DNA from: an uncultured Candidatus Saccharibacteria bacterium
GTDB lineage: Bacteria; Patescibacteriota; Minisyncoccia; UBA6257
Direction of reading: 5' to 3'
Assembly: GCA_964647525.1 (NCBI GenBank)
Contig: CAZYGB010000001.1
Location: 1-31,783, forward strand
Length of the DNA: 31,783 bases
Shown: one piece after another, positions 6,758 to 15,899 of the stretch
Numbering within the stretch: position 1 is the first letter of the stretch
Layout of the letters: the number at the start of each line of letters is the position of its first letter
The notes under the pieces: generated by a model
Seen by the model: the letters and a program-made list of their open reading frames with translations, nothing else
What the model was told of the DNA's origin: nothing
Database searches by the model: none
Made by a program: the position numbers and the translations under genes

Positions 6758-7333
6758 ATGATTTTTTCAGACCGGGATATTAAGAAAATAATCAAGAAAG
6801 GAGAACTTGTGTTTAGGCCTTCCTTAACTAGGGATCAGATTGGTCCTGCTTCCATTGATTTGAAATTAGGCAATGTGTTCAAAGTTTTTGACATTTCCAG
6901 GCAGTATATCCTGGACACCAGAAAAGGATTGCCAGATAAGAAGTTTATTATTAACAGAAAAGTAAAAACAGGGGAGTCTTTTATTCTTCATCCCAATAGT
7001 TTTGTTTTGACCAGTACCAAGGAATACGTGAAGGTTCCTGATTATATAATCTTAAGAGTGGAGGGGAAAAGTACTTTAGCCCGGATGGGTATTTTAGTTC
7101 ATACTGCCGGTTTTGTTGATCCTGGCTTTGAAGGTAGCCTTACCTTGGAAATCAGCAACCAATCAGATTTACCGGTAGCTCTTTATCCGGATATGTATAT
7201 TTGCCAGGTGGCAGTGGAGAAACTTTCCTCACCAGCCGAAGTTCCTTACAATAAAAGAAAGAAATCTTTGTATTCTCGCTCCCTGGGACCAGTGGCAGCG
7301 AAAACAAGTAATTTGTTTGATAAGAAGAAATAG
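6758..7333 (+). CDS. dcd: dCTP deaminase
   Basis: MIFSDRDI, QIGPASIDLKLG, EGKSTLARMG, AGFVDPGFEGSLTLEISN. Confidence 0.9.
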   Translation: MIFSDRDIKKIIKKGELVFRPSLTRDQIGPASIDLKLGNVFKVFDISRQYILDTRKGLPDKKFIINRKVKTGESFILHPNSFVLTSTKEYVKVPDYIILRVEGKSTLARMGILVHTAGFVDPGFEGSLTLEISNQSDLPVALYPDMYICQVAVEKLSSPAEVPYNKRKKSLYSRSLGPVAAKTSNLFDKKK

Positions 7334-7339
7334 TTCTGT

Positions 7340-7885
7340 ATGAATATTTACCTATTTAATTCCATTAATTATTTAGCGGGAAAGAATATTGTATTGGACA
7401 ATATTATGATTTTTCTCGCTCGTTATCTCATTTGGATTGCTCCCTTGTTTCTGCTCTATTTATGGTTTAGGAAATCAGCTGATTCTGGATATAAAAAATT
7501 ATCTTTATTTATTTTGGTTTCTGTTTTGTTATCATTGCTTATATCCTGGAGTGTCTCTCTTTGCTATTTTCACCCTCGGCCTTTCATGATAGGTTTGGGA
7601 ACAAAATTAATTACTCGTTCTCCAGATTCTTCTTTTCCCAGTGATCATGCTACTATTATGTTCGCCGTAGCCCTGGCTACGTTGTTTTGGAAAAGATACA
7701 GAATGGGCATATTATTTCTGCTTTTAGCATTAGCTGTTGGTCTGGCAAGAGTGTTCTGCGGCATTCATTTTCCTTTTGATCTTGTTGGTGCCTTTCTGGT
7801 AGCTGGATTAGGGACAACCTTAGTGTATACAATAGGAAAATATTTCATTGGGGGAAATAAATATAAAAACATATTACAAAATTGA
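7340..7885 (+). CDS. PAP2-family undecaprenyl-diphosphate phosphatase (BcrC/YbjG-like)
   Basis: HPRPF, SFPSDH and RVFCGIHF motifs with multiple TM segments. Confidence 0.85.
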   Translation: MNIYLFNSINYLAGKNIVLDNIMIFLARYLIWIAPLFLLYLWFRKSADSGYKKLSLFILVSVLLSLLISWSVSLCYFHPRPFMIGLGTKLITRSPDSSFPSDHATIMFAVALATLFWKRYRMGILFLLLALAVGLARVFCGIHFPFDLVGAFLVAGLGTTLVYTIGKYFIGGNKYKNILQN

Positions 7886-7890
7886 TAAAT

Positions 7891-8823
7891 ATGGAAAAAG
7901 ATCTTTATGATTTGATTATAATCGGAGGAGGTCCTGCTGGATTAACGGCAGGTATTTATGCCGGTCGAGCCAGAATAAAAACTTTAATTTTCAGCGGTTC
8001 TCCTCCCGGGGGTCAATTAATGATTGCCGGTGATGTAGATGATTTTCCCGGTTTTCCGGATGGTATTCAGGGAACAGAACTGATTCAGAAAATGACTGCC
8101 CAAGCCAAGAAGTTTGAAGCAGAAATTAAGGAACAAAATGTTATTGCTGTGGATTTTCACCAACAACCGTTTTTAATTAAAGCGGATAATGAAAAAGAAT
8201 ACAAAGCCAAGGCAATAGTTATAGCTACTGGAGCCAGGGCAAGATGGTTAGGGTTAGAAAATGAACAGCGTTTAGTGGGACACGGTATTTCTGCTTGTGC
8301 CATCTGTGATGGATTTTTCTTTAAGGATAAGGTAGTGGCAGTGGTAGGAGGGGGCGACAGTGCCCTTGAAGATGCTATTTACCTTACAAAATACGCCAAG
8401 AAAATTTACGTAATTCATCGGCGCGATCAACTGCGTGCCGCTAAACAATTGCAGGAAGAGTCAATGAATAGCCCTAAGGTAGAATTTGTTTTTGATTCAG
8501 AGATTAAAGAAATACAAGGACAGGAAAAATTGGAGGGAGTGATTATTGAAAACAATAAAAACAATCAAAGAAAAGAGCTTTCTCTGGATGGTTTATTTAT
8601 ATCTATTGGCCATAAGCCGGCTACTGATGTTTTTCAGGGGCAACTGGAAACAGATGAACAAGGTTTTCTTAGGGTGCATGATAGAACCAGGACATCTCAA
8701 GAGGGTGTATTTGCCGCTGGTGATGTGGCTGATCCCTATTATAAACAAGCAGTTACTGCTGCCGGACGGGGGGCAATGGCTGTTCTTGATGCCGATCAAT
8801 GGCTGAGAGCACAAACAACTTAA
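7891..8823 (+). CDS. trxB: Thioredoxin-disulfide reductase
   Basis: GGGPAG, redox-active CAICD, GGGDSA, HRRD, GVFAAGDV; ATG at 7891. Confidence 0.93.
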   Translation: MEKDLYDLIIIGGGPAGLTAGIYAGRARIKTLIFSGSPPGGQLMIAGDVDDFPGFPDGIQGTELIQKMTAQAKKFEAEIKEQNVIAVDFHQQPFLIKADNEKEYKAKAIVIATGARARWLGLENEQRLVGHGISACAICDGFFFKDKVVAVVGGGDSALEDAIYLTKYAKKIYVIHRRDQLRAAKQLQEESMNSPKVEFVFDSEIKEIQGQEKLEGVIIENNKNNQRKELSLDGLFISIGHKPATDVFQGQLETDEQGFLRVHDRTRTSQEGVFAAGDVADPYYKQAVTAAGRGAMAVLDADQWLRAQTT

Positions 8824-8834
8824 AATTATTGTAT

Positions 8835-10121
8835 ATGTCTGATCCATATAAAAATGCTTTAACTCAATTGAAAAAGGTGGGAGAAGAACTCAATTTAGAT
8901 GAAAAAATGATTGCCCAGTTAAGCCAGATTGATAATTTTTATCAGAGTACGATAAAGATTAAGATGGATGATGGAAAAACGAAACAATTTAAGGCTTTTC
9001 GTTCCCAGCATAACGATGCCTGTGGTCCCTATAAGGGAGGGATCAGGTTTCATCCTCATGTTTCTGAAGAAGAAGTGAAAGCATTATCTATGTGGATGAC
9101 CTGGAAGTGTGCTGCGGTAGGTATTCCCTACGGAGGCGGTAAAGGGGGAGTTATTGTCAACCCTAAGGAATTAAGCCAGATGGAACTGGAAAGATTGTCC
9201 CGGGCCTATGCTGATTTCATAACACCCTTTATTGGTCCCTGGAAGGACATTCCTGCTCCTGATGTGAATACCAATTCCCAGGTTATGGCTTGGATGCTGG
9301 ATGAATATGAAAAGAATATCGGTTTTCATCAGCCGGCTGCGTTTACCGGCAAGCCGATAGCAATTGGCGGTTCTCAGGGAAGAACCCAGGCTACAGGTTT
9401 GGGGGGAGTATATGTTTTAGAAAGTTTTCTTAATTATCTGCAGAGCAAGAATATAAAATGGGCCAAGAAGGATAAAAAGGACATTACCATTGCCATTCAG
9501 GGGTTTGGCAATGTGGGTTACTACTTTGCTCAGGAAGCTTCAGAGAGGGGTTATAAAATTATTGCCCTTTCTGATACCCAGGGAGCGATAAAAAATACTG
9601 CTGGTCTTTCTCCCAGAGCGGTAAAAGAATACAAAAGAAATACAGGGTCAGTTAAGAATTTTCAGGAAGTAGAAAATATTTCTAATGAGGATTTATTGAA
9701 ATTAGATATAGATGTTCTTGTCCCGGCAGCTTTGGAGAATGTGATTACTAAAAAGAATGCAGCAAAAATTGGAGCAAAGATCATTGTTGAAATGGCTAAC
9801 GGGCCGGTGACACCAGAGGCGGATACTATTCTTACCAAAAAAGGTATTTATTCCGTGCCTGATATCCTTTCTAATGCCGGGGGAGTAACAGTGTCCTATT
9901 TTGAATGGACGCAGGATCTCCAAGGATATTTTTGGGAAGAAAGAGATGTGGAGATGAAATTGGAAAAAATAATGTCCCAGGCTTCTCAATTAGTATGGGA
10001 GAACTTTGATGTCTTGAAAAAGAAAAACAAGAAAGCCAATCTACGTTTAGCTGCTTATGCCTTGGCTGTACAAAGAGTAGTGGAGGCAATGCTCTTACGG
10101 GGAGAAATAAATAAAAATTAA
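8835..10121 (+). CDS. gdhA: Glu/Leu/Phe/Val dehydrogenase, glutamate dehydrogenase type
   Basis: YKGGIRFHP, MTWK, GGGKGG, DIPAPDVNT, GFGNVG, EMANGP, NAGGVTVSYFEW; start at MSDPY (8835). Confidence 0.9.
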   Translation: MSDPYKNALTQLKKVGEELNLDEKMIAQLSQIDNFYQSTIKIKMDDGKTKQFKAFRSQHNDACGPYKGGIRFHPHVSEEEVKALSMWMTWKCAAVGIPYGGGKGGVIVNPKELSQMELERLSRAYADFITPFIGPWKDIPAPDVNTNSQVMAWMLDEYEKNIGFHQPAAFTGKPIAIGGSQGRTQATGLGGVYVLESFLNYLQSKNIKWAKKDKKDITIAIQGFGNVGYYFAQEASERGYKIIALSDTQGAIKNTAGLSPRAVKEYKRNTGSVKNFQEVENISNEDLLKLDIDVLVPAALENVITKKNAAKIGAKIIVEMANGPVTPEADTILTKKGIYSVPDILSNAGGVTVSYFEWTQDLQGYFWEERDVEMKLEKIMSQASQLVWENFDVLKKKNKKANLRLAAYALAVQRVVEAMLLRGEINKN

Positions 10122-10852
10122 TGCCTTCCTTTTTAAAGATAAAAAATCTTAGTGTAGAGATAGGGGAAAAACAGATTATTAAAGATCTGGATTTTCAATT
10201 AAAGAAAGGCGAGACCCAGGTACTCCTTGGTCCTAATGCCAGCGGAAAAAGCACCTTAGTGGGGGCAATTATGGGATTATCACCATTTCATATCAAGAAG
10301 GGGCAGATATTATTTCAGGGCAAGGATATTACAAAATTAAGTCCGGAGAGAAGAGCCCGTTTAGGTATTAGCCTGTCTTTTCAAAATCCTCCTTCTATTT
10401 CTGGGGTTCATTTAGATACACTGCTTGATAATATTACCGTTCCTTCTTCTAAAAAAAGGCAGAAGGATATATTACAACAATGGGGGGACAGTCTTCTCTC
10501 TCGTGATGTTAATGTTGGTTTTTCCGGGGGAGAAAAAAAGATATCAGAAATACTGCAAATAGCCAGTTTGAATTCTCAGCTGGTCATATTGGATGAGATA
10601 GATTCCGGTCTTGATATTCAAAAATTAAAAGAATTCTCTTCCCTTATCAAGAAATATTTTTCTTCCTCCGGTAAATCCTTGCTTGTTATTACTCATCAGG
10701 GAGATATCCTGCGTTATTTAAAACCAGATTGGGTAAATGTAATATTGAAGGGAAAGATTATTTGCCGTTCCCAAAATTGGAAAGAAGTTTGGCAGACAAT
10801 TAAAAAACATGGCTATGAAAAATGCAAAAAATGCTCGTTTTCTCTATCTTAA
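10121..10852 (+). CDS. sufC: SufC-like (SmsC-type) ABC ATPase
   Basis: Walker A GPNASGKST, RDVNVGFSGGEKK, LDEIDSGLD, ITH, and C-terminal Cys residues (IIC...GYEKCKKC). Confidence 0.85.
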   Translation: MPSFLKIKNLSVEIGEKQIIKDLDFQLKKGETQVLLGPNASGKSTLVGAIMGLSPFHIKKGQILFQGKDITKLSPERRARLGISLSFQNPPSISGVHLDTLLDNITVPSSKKRQKDILQQWGDSLLSRDVNVGFSGGEKKISEILQIASLNSQLVILDEIDSGLDIQKLKEFSSLIKKYFSSSGKSLLVITHQGDILRYLKPDWVNVILKGKIICRSQNWKEVWQTIKKHGYEKCKKCSFSLS

Positions 10853-11729
10853 CAACCAGATAGAAGAAATTTATTCCCGGGAGGGGACCTTAATTCTTTC
10901 TTCTCCGGAAGCCTGGAAGAAATATAAATGGACCCACCGTTATTTTAAGACTGTTCCTAAAGAAGGGTATTTCATTTGGGTAAGAAAACAAAGCTCACTT
11001 CCCGTTCTTACCTGTGTCAATATCTCCCGTTACCATGTTAAACAGCGGATGAATAATTTGCTGGTGGTAGAGAAGGGGATTAGTGCCCGGGCAGAAGTAA
11101 TATGCCAGACATTGAAGAATTCTTTGCGGGCTCTTCATGTTGCCAAAGGGAAAGTAGTTCTTAAAGAAGGAGCCCAATTGATTTATCATCATTTTCATCG
11201 TTGGGGAGGGTATGATAATGTGGAAGCGGATTACGAATTCTATTTGGAGGAGAATGCCTATTTAGATTATTCCTATAAAACACTGAATCCTTCTAAGGAT
11301 TTACAATTTCGAACCTTGATTCACGGAAAGAAAAATTCTCAGACGGATCTGACTATCATTGCTCAGGCCCGTAATTCCCATATCAAGATTCATGATGATG
11401 TTATTTTGGAAGATGCCCAGGCTTCTGGTATTGTCCGCTTACGATTGGTAGCTGAGAAAAAATCAGTGGTAGAAGCATATAGCAGGATTGTCGTAAAAGA
11501 AAAAGCCAAGGAAGCCAAAGGGCACTTAGACTGTCGGGGTATTATTGTTGACAAGGACAGCTCTATCAAATTAGTACCAGAATTGGATAATAAAAACAAA
11601 GAAGCTCTTATTACCCACGAGGCTTCTATTGGACGGATTGCGGAAGCAGAATTAGATTATTTACGCAGTCGGGGGCTGAGCCGGAAGAAAGCAATTGATT
11701 TAATTATAAAAGGATTTCTCAAAAAATAA
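10809..11729 (+). CDS. sufB: SufB/SufD-family (SmsB-type) Fe-S scaffold protein
   Basis: KGHLDCRG, PEL, THEASIGRI, YLRSRGLS...IIKGF; directly follows sufC. Confidence 0.8.
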   Translation: MAMKNAKNARFLYLNNQIEEIYSREGTLILSSPEAWKKYKWTHRYFKTVPKEGYFIWVRKQSSLPVLTCVNISRYHVKQRMNNLLVVEKGISARAEVICQTLKNSLRALHVAKGKVVLKEGAQLIYHHFHRWGGYDNVEADYEFYLEENAYLDYSYKTLNPSKDLQFRTLIHGKKNSQTDLTIIAQARNSHIKIHDDVILEDAQASGIVRLRLVAEKKSVVEAYSRIVVKEKAKEAKGHLDCRGIIVDKDSSIKLVPELDNKNKEALITHEASIGRIAEAELDYLRSRGLSRKKAIDLIIKGFLKK

Positions 11730-11741
11730 TATATATAGAAT

Positions 11742-12101
11742 ATGAATAATCCCAATTGTATTTTTTGTAAAATCATACAGGGAAAGATTCCTGCCAAGAA
11801 ATACTATGAAGACGATAATTTCTTAGCTATTTACGATATTCAGCCTATTAGCGAGGGGCATATAGTCCTCTTCTCCAAGAATCATTATTCCAATGTAAAT
11901 GATATGCCGGAGGAAGAATGGCAGACCATGGTTGTTCTTGCTCGTAAGCTGGCTGAGAAAGAAATGAAGGAATTAAAAACAGATGGCTACAATTTATTAA
12001 TTAATCAGGGGGAAGCAGCCCAGTCAGGAGTGGCTCATCGTCCCCATATTCATATTATTCCCCGTCGTTTTAATGACGGAATCAAAATAGACCCTCGCTA
12101 G
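11742..12101 (+). CDS. HIT family hydrolase
   Basis: CIFCKI N-terminus, GHIVL, variant histidine triad HRPHIHIIPR. Confidence 0.85.
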   Translation: MNNPNCIFCKIIQGKIPAKKYYEDDNFLAIYDIQPISEGHIVLFSKNHYSNVNDMPEEEWQTMVVLARKLAEKEMKELKTDGYNLLINQGEAAQSGVAHRPHIHIIPRRFNDGIKIDPR

Positions 12102-12134
12102 AGGGAATATTAAATAGATAGAAAAATATTGGTA

Positions 12135-12695
12135 TTAAGATTTGGCTCTGCCGGCGTATTCTCCAGTGTCAGTATTTACCAGAATTTCTTCATCTTGCTT
12201 AATAAAAATAGGGACATTAACCCTTAAGCCTGTTTCTAAGGTAATAGTCTTTAAGGCTGCGGTAGCGGTATTTCCCCTTGTAGCTGGAGGGGCTTCTTTT
12301 ACTATTAAAGCCACTTTCTTGAGGATGTTAATGCCTACCGGCTTGTTTTCCAAGAAAATAATTTTTACTTCACTATTTGCTTTTAAATAAGGGGTCTGAT
12401 CCTGAATGGTTTCCAAGGGGAAACTTACTCTTTCCTTATCTTTTAGTTGGAAAACACCATTGTGCCGATCTTGATAGAGGAAAAGAGCATTTTTGTAATC
12501 AACATCTATTTCTTCAAACTTATCTCCGGAATGGAAGGTTTTATCTACAACTTTTCCTGTCTGGAAGTTCTTGAGGCTAGTTCTCATTACTGCTCCTCCC
12601 TTACCAGGCTTGTAAAATTCGAATTTTAAAATCTGCCAGGGTTGTCCCTCAATTTTAAGAACCATTCCTTTTTCAAATTCAGATGTAGCTATCAT
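12135..12695 (-). CDS. efp: Elongation factor P
   Basis: KPGKGGA loop, TRGNTA, LETGLRVNVPIFI, NTDTGEY; true start MIATS at 12695. Confidence 0.95.
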   Translation of the reverse strand: MIATSEFEKGMVLKIEGQPWQILKFEFYKPGKGGAVMRTSLKNFQTGKVVDKTFHSGDKFEEIDVDYKNALFLYQDRHNGVFQLKDKERVSFPLETIQDQTPYLKANSEVKIIFLENKPVGINILKKVALIVKEAPPATRGNTATAALKTITLETGLRVNVPIFIKQDEEILVNTDTGEYAGRAKS

Positions 12696-12699
12696 ATTA

Positions 12700-12752
12700 T
12701 TGATTTTATTAATATCTGGTGCTATACTAGCTTTTAATGAACATTCCGTCAA
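12700..12752. promoter_or_regulatory. Overlapping divergent promoters for mgtC (+) and efp (-)
   Basis: + strand TTGATT(12700)-N17-TATACT(12723-12728); - strand TTGACG(12752)-N17-TAGTAT(12729-12724). Confidence 0.55.
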
Positions 12753-13219
12753 GCATTCTTGTTCTATGTTTCAAAGAATTAATCCTGGCTGTTATTTTAG
12801 GGGCGCTGATTGGGTTAGAAAGAGAATGGGCTCGAAAGGAAGCGGGGTTAAGAACTTTTACTCTTATTAGCTTGGGCTCTGCTCTTTTTGTAATGATTTC
12901 TCGTCTTGCCTTTTATCCTTATCTTAGTATTTCTAGTTTGGATCCCTCTCGAACCTTGGGTCAGCTGATTATTGGTATTGGTTTTCTGGGAGCGGGGACA
13001 ATTATTTTCTCCCGTTCGGAGGAAAAGGTAAAAGGATTAACTACGGCTGCAATGATATGGGTAACGGCAGCTATTGGAGCAGCAATAGGATTACAGTTAT
13101 ATTGGCTGGCTATCTTTACCACTTTGCTTGTTGTTATTTTAAGCTTTAGCATTATTCCTTTTGAGCACCATCTGGAACAGAGAATCAAGAAAATTAAGGG
13201 AGAGAAAAAAGAAGAATAG
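12737..13219 (+). CDS. MgtC/SapB family membrane protein
   Basis: GALIGLERE, AGLRTF, GIGFLGAG, GLTTAA.IW; no C-terminal ACT domain. Confidence 0.9.
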   Translation: MNIPSSILVLCFKELILAVILGALIGLEREWARKEAGLRTFTLISLGSALFVMISRLAFYPYLSISSLDPSRTLGQLIIGIGFLGAGTIIFSRSEEKVKGLTTAAMIWVTAAIGAAIGLQLYWLAIFTTLLVVILSFSIIPFEHHLEQRIKKIKGEKKEE

Positions 13220-13224
13220 TTGTT

Positions 13225-13298
13225 GCCCCCGTAGCTCAATTTGGTAGAGCACTTGCCTTTTAAGCAATTGGTTGCGCGTTCAAATCGCGCCGGGGGCA
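13225..13298 (+). tRNA. tRNA-Lys(TTT)
   Basis: Acceptor stem GCCCCCG/CGGGGGC, D arm TAGCTCAATTTGGTAGAGC, anticodon loop CTTTTAA, T arm GCGCG-TTCAAAT-CGCGC; CCA not encoded. Confidence 0.95.
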
Positions 13299-13314
13299 CT
13301 AATTTTTTACAAGT

Positions 13315-13395
13315 ATGCGTAAAACAGCCCCACTGTTAATACAAGAATATAGATCCTTAAGAAGGAAAAGGTTTACTTTGCGAGAAATAGCTTAA
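13315..13395 (+). pseudogene. 26-codon remnant of an N-terminal HTH gene
   Basis: MRKTAPLLIQEYRSLRRKRFTLREIA* resembles the first helices of HTH domains; it stops right after REIA. Confidence 0.35.
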
Positions 13396-13452
13396 CTTTA
13401 TTGATTTTATATTATCTTTGTGTTATTCTGTGAAATCTGAGATTTGTTAGAT

Positions 13453-14817
13453 ATGAGATCTAGAAATTTAATTGTTATATTTTCTCTATTTGTAGCGGCA
13501 TTATTGCTGGCTGCTTTTGTTTACCCTACTGGATGGAATAAATTAGCATCTTTCATCCATCTTCCTGAGATATCTCAGCGTCCTTTTAGTTTAGGATTAG
13601 ATCTATCAGGAGGAACCTTACTTGTTTATGATGCTGATTTAAAGAATATTGATCCCAAAGATTATAGCTCTGCTATGGGAGGTCTGCGTGATGTTCTGGA
13701 ACAGAGGGTGAATTATATGGGGGTAAGGGAACCAAGAATAGAAATTAATAAAAGCGGGGATCAGTGGCGTTTGATTGTGGAATTGGCAGGAATAAAAGAT
13801 GTCCGGGAGGCAATCAAAATGATTGGAGAAACTCCTTACTTGGAATTTAAAGAGATACGGACTGAAGAAGAATCCAATAATATTTTGCAATTGCAAGAAG
13901 AGGAAATTAAAAAAGACGAGCCCGATGAGGCTATTTTGTCTTTAGATCCGTATTTCAAGGCCACTAACTTGACTGGTAAGTATTTGGAAAGGGCAATGGT
14001 AGACTTTGATCCTAATACTTCTATTCCGGTGGTAGATTTGCAGTTTAATGCTGAAGGAACAAAGATTTTTGCTTCTCTTACCAAGACTAATGTTGGGAAA
14101 CCATTAGCGATTTATTTAGATGGACAACCAATCAGTATTCCGGAAGTGAGGGAAGAAATTCCTTCGGGTAAGGCTCAGATTTCTGGTAAGTTTACCTTGC
14201 CGGAAGCCAAAAAATTATCAGAAAGACTTAATCAAGGAGCATTGCCAGTACCGATTAAATTAGTTTCTCAGCAGTCAGTAGGGGCTATTTTAGGACAAGA
14301 ATCTATTAAGCATATTACTCAGGCGGCCTGGTGGGGTTTTTTGGCAGTGATCATATTTATGATAGTGTTTTATCGTTTACCTGGTTTCTTGGCGGCCTTG
14401 TCTTTGATAATTTATGTCATCATATCTCTCAGTATTTTCAAAGCTGTGCCGGTTACCCTGACATTGGCAGGAATTACTGGTTTTATTTTATCGGTAGGAA
14501 CCGCTGTTGATGCTAATATTCTGATTTTTGAATACAGCAAGGAAGAAATTCATAAGGGTAAATCTATGCGTCTTGCTATGGAAGACGGTTTTCAACGCTC
14601 CTGGCCGGCGATTCGTGATTCTAATATTGCCACTATTATTTCCGCAGTGATTCTTTATTACTTTAGTTCCAGTATGATCAGGGGATTTGCTCTCACCTTG
14701 GCCATTGGAGTGGGGGTTAGCTTGATTACTGCTTTGTATATCACTCGCTTGTTTTTGATGACATTAGCTACCGATAGAACACCAACAAAATTATTTTGTA
14801 GCACTAAAAAGGATTAA
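13453..14817 (+). CDS. secD: Protein translocase subunit SecD
   Basis: LGLDLSGG, GALPVP, VGAILG, AVDANILIFE, AIRDSN, IRGFALTL. Confidence 0.95.
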   Translation: MRSRNLIVIFSLFVAALLLAAFVYPTGWNKLASFIHLPEISQRPFSLGLDLSGGTLLVYDADLKNIDPKDYSSAMGGLRDVLEQRVNYMGVREPRIEINKSGDQWRLIVELAGIKDVREAIKMIGETPYLEFKEIRTEEESNNILQLQEEEIKKDEPDEAILSLDPYFKATNLTGKYLERAMVDFDPNTSIPVVDLQFNAEGTKIFASLTKTNVGKPLAIYLDGQPISIPEVREEIPSGKAQISGKFTLPEAKKLSERLNQGALPVPIKLVSQQSVGAILGQESIKHITQAAWWGFLAVIIFMIVFYRLPGFLAALSLIIYVIISLSIFKAVPVTLTLAGITGFILSVGTAVDANILIFEYSKEEIHKGKSMRLAMEDGFQRSWPAIRDSNIATIISAVILYYFSSSMIRGFALTLAIGVGVSLITALYITRLFLMTLATDRTPTKLFCSTKKD

Positions 14818-14837
14818 TTTTTTTGAATATATAGTAT

Positions 14838-15719
14838 ATGGATTATATTGCTAAAAGAAAATCTTTCTATCTTTTTTCCGGATTGATAATTGCTCTTTCC
14901 TTGGGTGGTTTGATAATTCTGGGATTGAATTGGGGAATAGATTTCACCGGAGGAACATTTTGGGAAGTTTCCTTGTCGTCTTGGAATAATGAAAAAATTG
15001 AGCAAGTTAATACATTTTTGAAGACACAAGATATAGGACAGGTGTCTATTCAAAAAGCAGGGGAAGCGAATATAATTCTTCGTCTTTCTACTATAAACGA
15101 AGAGAAACATCAGCAAGTACTAAAAGATTTGCAAAAAGAATTTCCCTCGCTTCAGGAAAAAAGATTTGATTCCATTGGTCCTTCTATTGGACAGGGATTA
15201 AGAAGGAGATCAATTTGGGCGGTGCTATTGGTTTTTATTGGTATTCTTTTATATCTCAGTTATGCATTTCGTCATTCTTCCTTCCGGATACCTTCCTATC
15301 GCTATGGAAGTCTGGCTGTATTAGCTCTCTTGCATGACGCAGCATTTGTGGTGGGGTTGTTTGTTTTCTTGGGTAAATTTCAAGGATGGGAGGTTAACTC
15401 TGATTTTATTGTAGCTATTTTGGTGGTAACTGGTTATTCAGTGCATGATACCATTGTTGTTTTTGACAGAATCAGAGAAAATCTTGCTTTAAAGAGCAAG
15501 GAAACATTACAAAATATTATTAATATAAGTATCAGTCAGACCATAATCCGCTCCTTAAATACTTCTCTTACCACTCTTCTTCCTCTTTTGGCTCTTTATT
15601 TTTGGGGGCCTATCTCAATGAAGGTGCTGGTATCAGCTATGATAGGAGGGGTGGTTATAGGAACCTATTCTTCCTTATTCATTGCTCCCACTCTACTCTT
15701 TGACTGGCAAAAGAGGTAA
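14838..15719 (+). CDS. secF: Protein translocase subunit SecF
   Basis: GIDFTGG, IGPSIG, HD, GYSVHDTIVVFDRIRE, RSLNTS, GTYSSLFIA. Confidence 0.95.
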   Translation: MDYIAKRKSFYLFSGLIIALSLGGLIILGLNWGIDFTGGTFWEVSLSSWNNEKIEQVNTFLKTQDIGQVSIQKAGEANIILRLSTINEEKHQQVLKDLQKEFPSLQEKRFDSIGPSIGQGLRRRSIWAVLLVFIGILLYLSYAFRHSSFRIPSYRYGSLAVLALLHDAAFVVGLFVFLGKFQGWEVNSDFIVAILVVTGYSVHDTIVVFDRIRENLALKSKETLQNIINISISQTIIRSLNTSLTTLLPLLALYFWGPISMKVLVSAMIGGVVIGTYSSLFIAPTLLFDWQKR

Positions 15720-15829
15720 TCTAATTCCGTAAACTTTCTACCTTTAGCGATTTTTCAGCTGCTTTTTTGTTATCTTGTTTCATTGCGAGGAATCTCGAAA
15801 TTGTTGAAAGAGAGCGTAGAATCTCTTTA

Positions 15830-15858
15830 TTGAAAATATATCTGAATAGGGGTAAAAT
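15830..15858 (+). promoter_or_regulatory. Sigma70 promoter for the RhuM-Fic gene
   Basis: TTGAAA-N17-TAAAAT. Confidence 0.55.
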
Positions 15859-15899
15859 ATATATTGAGAGCAAAAAAGATTTGAAACAATATCAAGTTT

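Noticed and set aside
5971-7333. Nudix + dCTP deaminase as an anti-phage nucleotide-depletion system
   Set aside because: This Dcd is the housekeeping dUTPase-fold enzyme, not the zinc cytidine-deaminase defence family, and it leads a metabolic gene run.
11742-12101. Variant HIT triad (HRPHIH) as a new enzyme class
   Set aside because: The two catalytically key His residues are retained and a one-residue shift is within family variation; not enough evidence.
12696-12752. N-terminal extension of EF-P in the ORF track
   Set aside because: Homology starts at MIATS (12695); the extension overlaps the promoters and the mgtC start.
15779-15828. REP-like element (TCATTGCGAGG...AATCTC) and small hairpins after secF
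   Set aside because: Single partial copy with short stems; more simply a weak terminator region.
15862-15881. Possible fifth repeat copy (TATTGAGAGCAAAAAAGATT) before the RhuM-Fic gene
   Set aside because: It matches only the AT-rich left arm, needs a gap, and lacks the GTTCCA/CCCCAGC core; may be chance.
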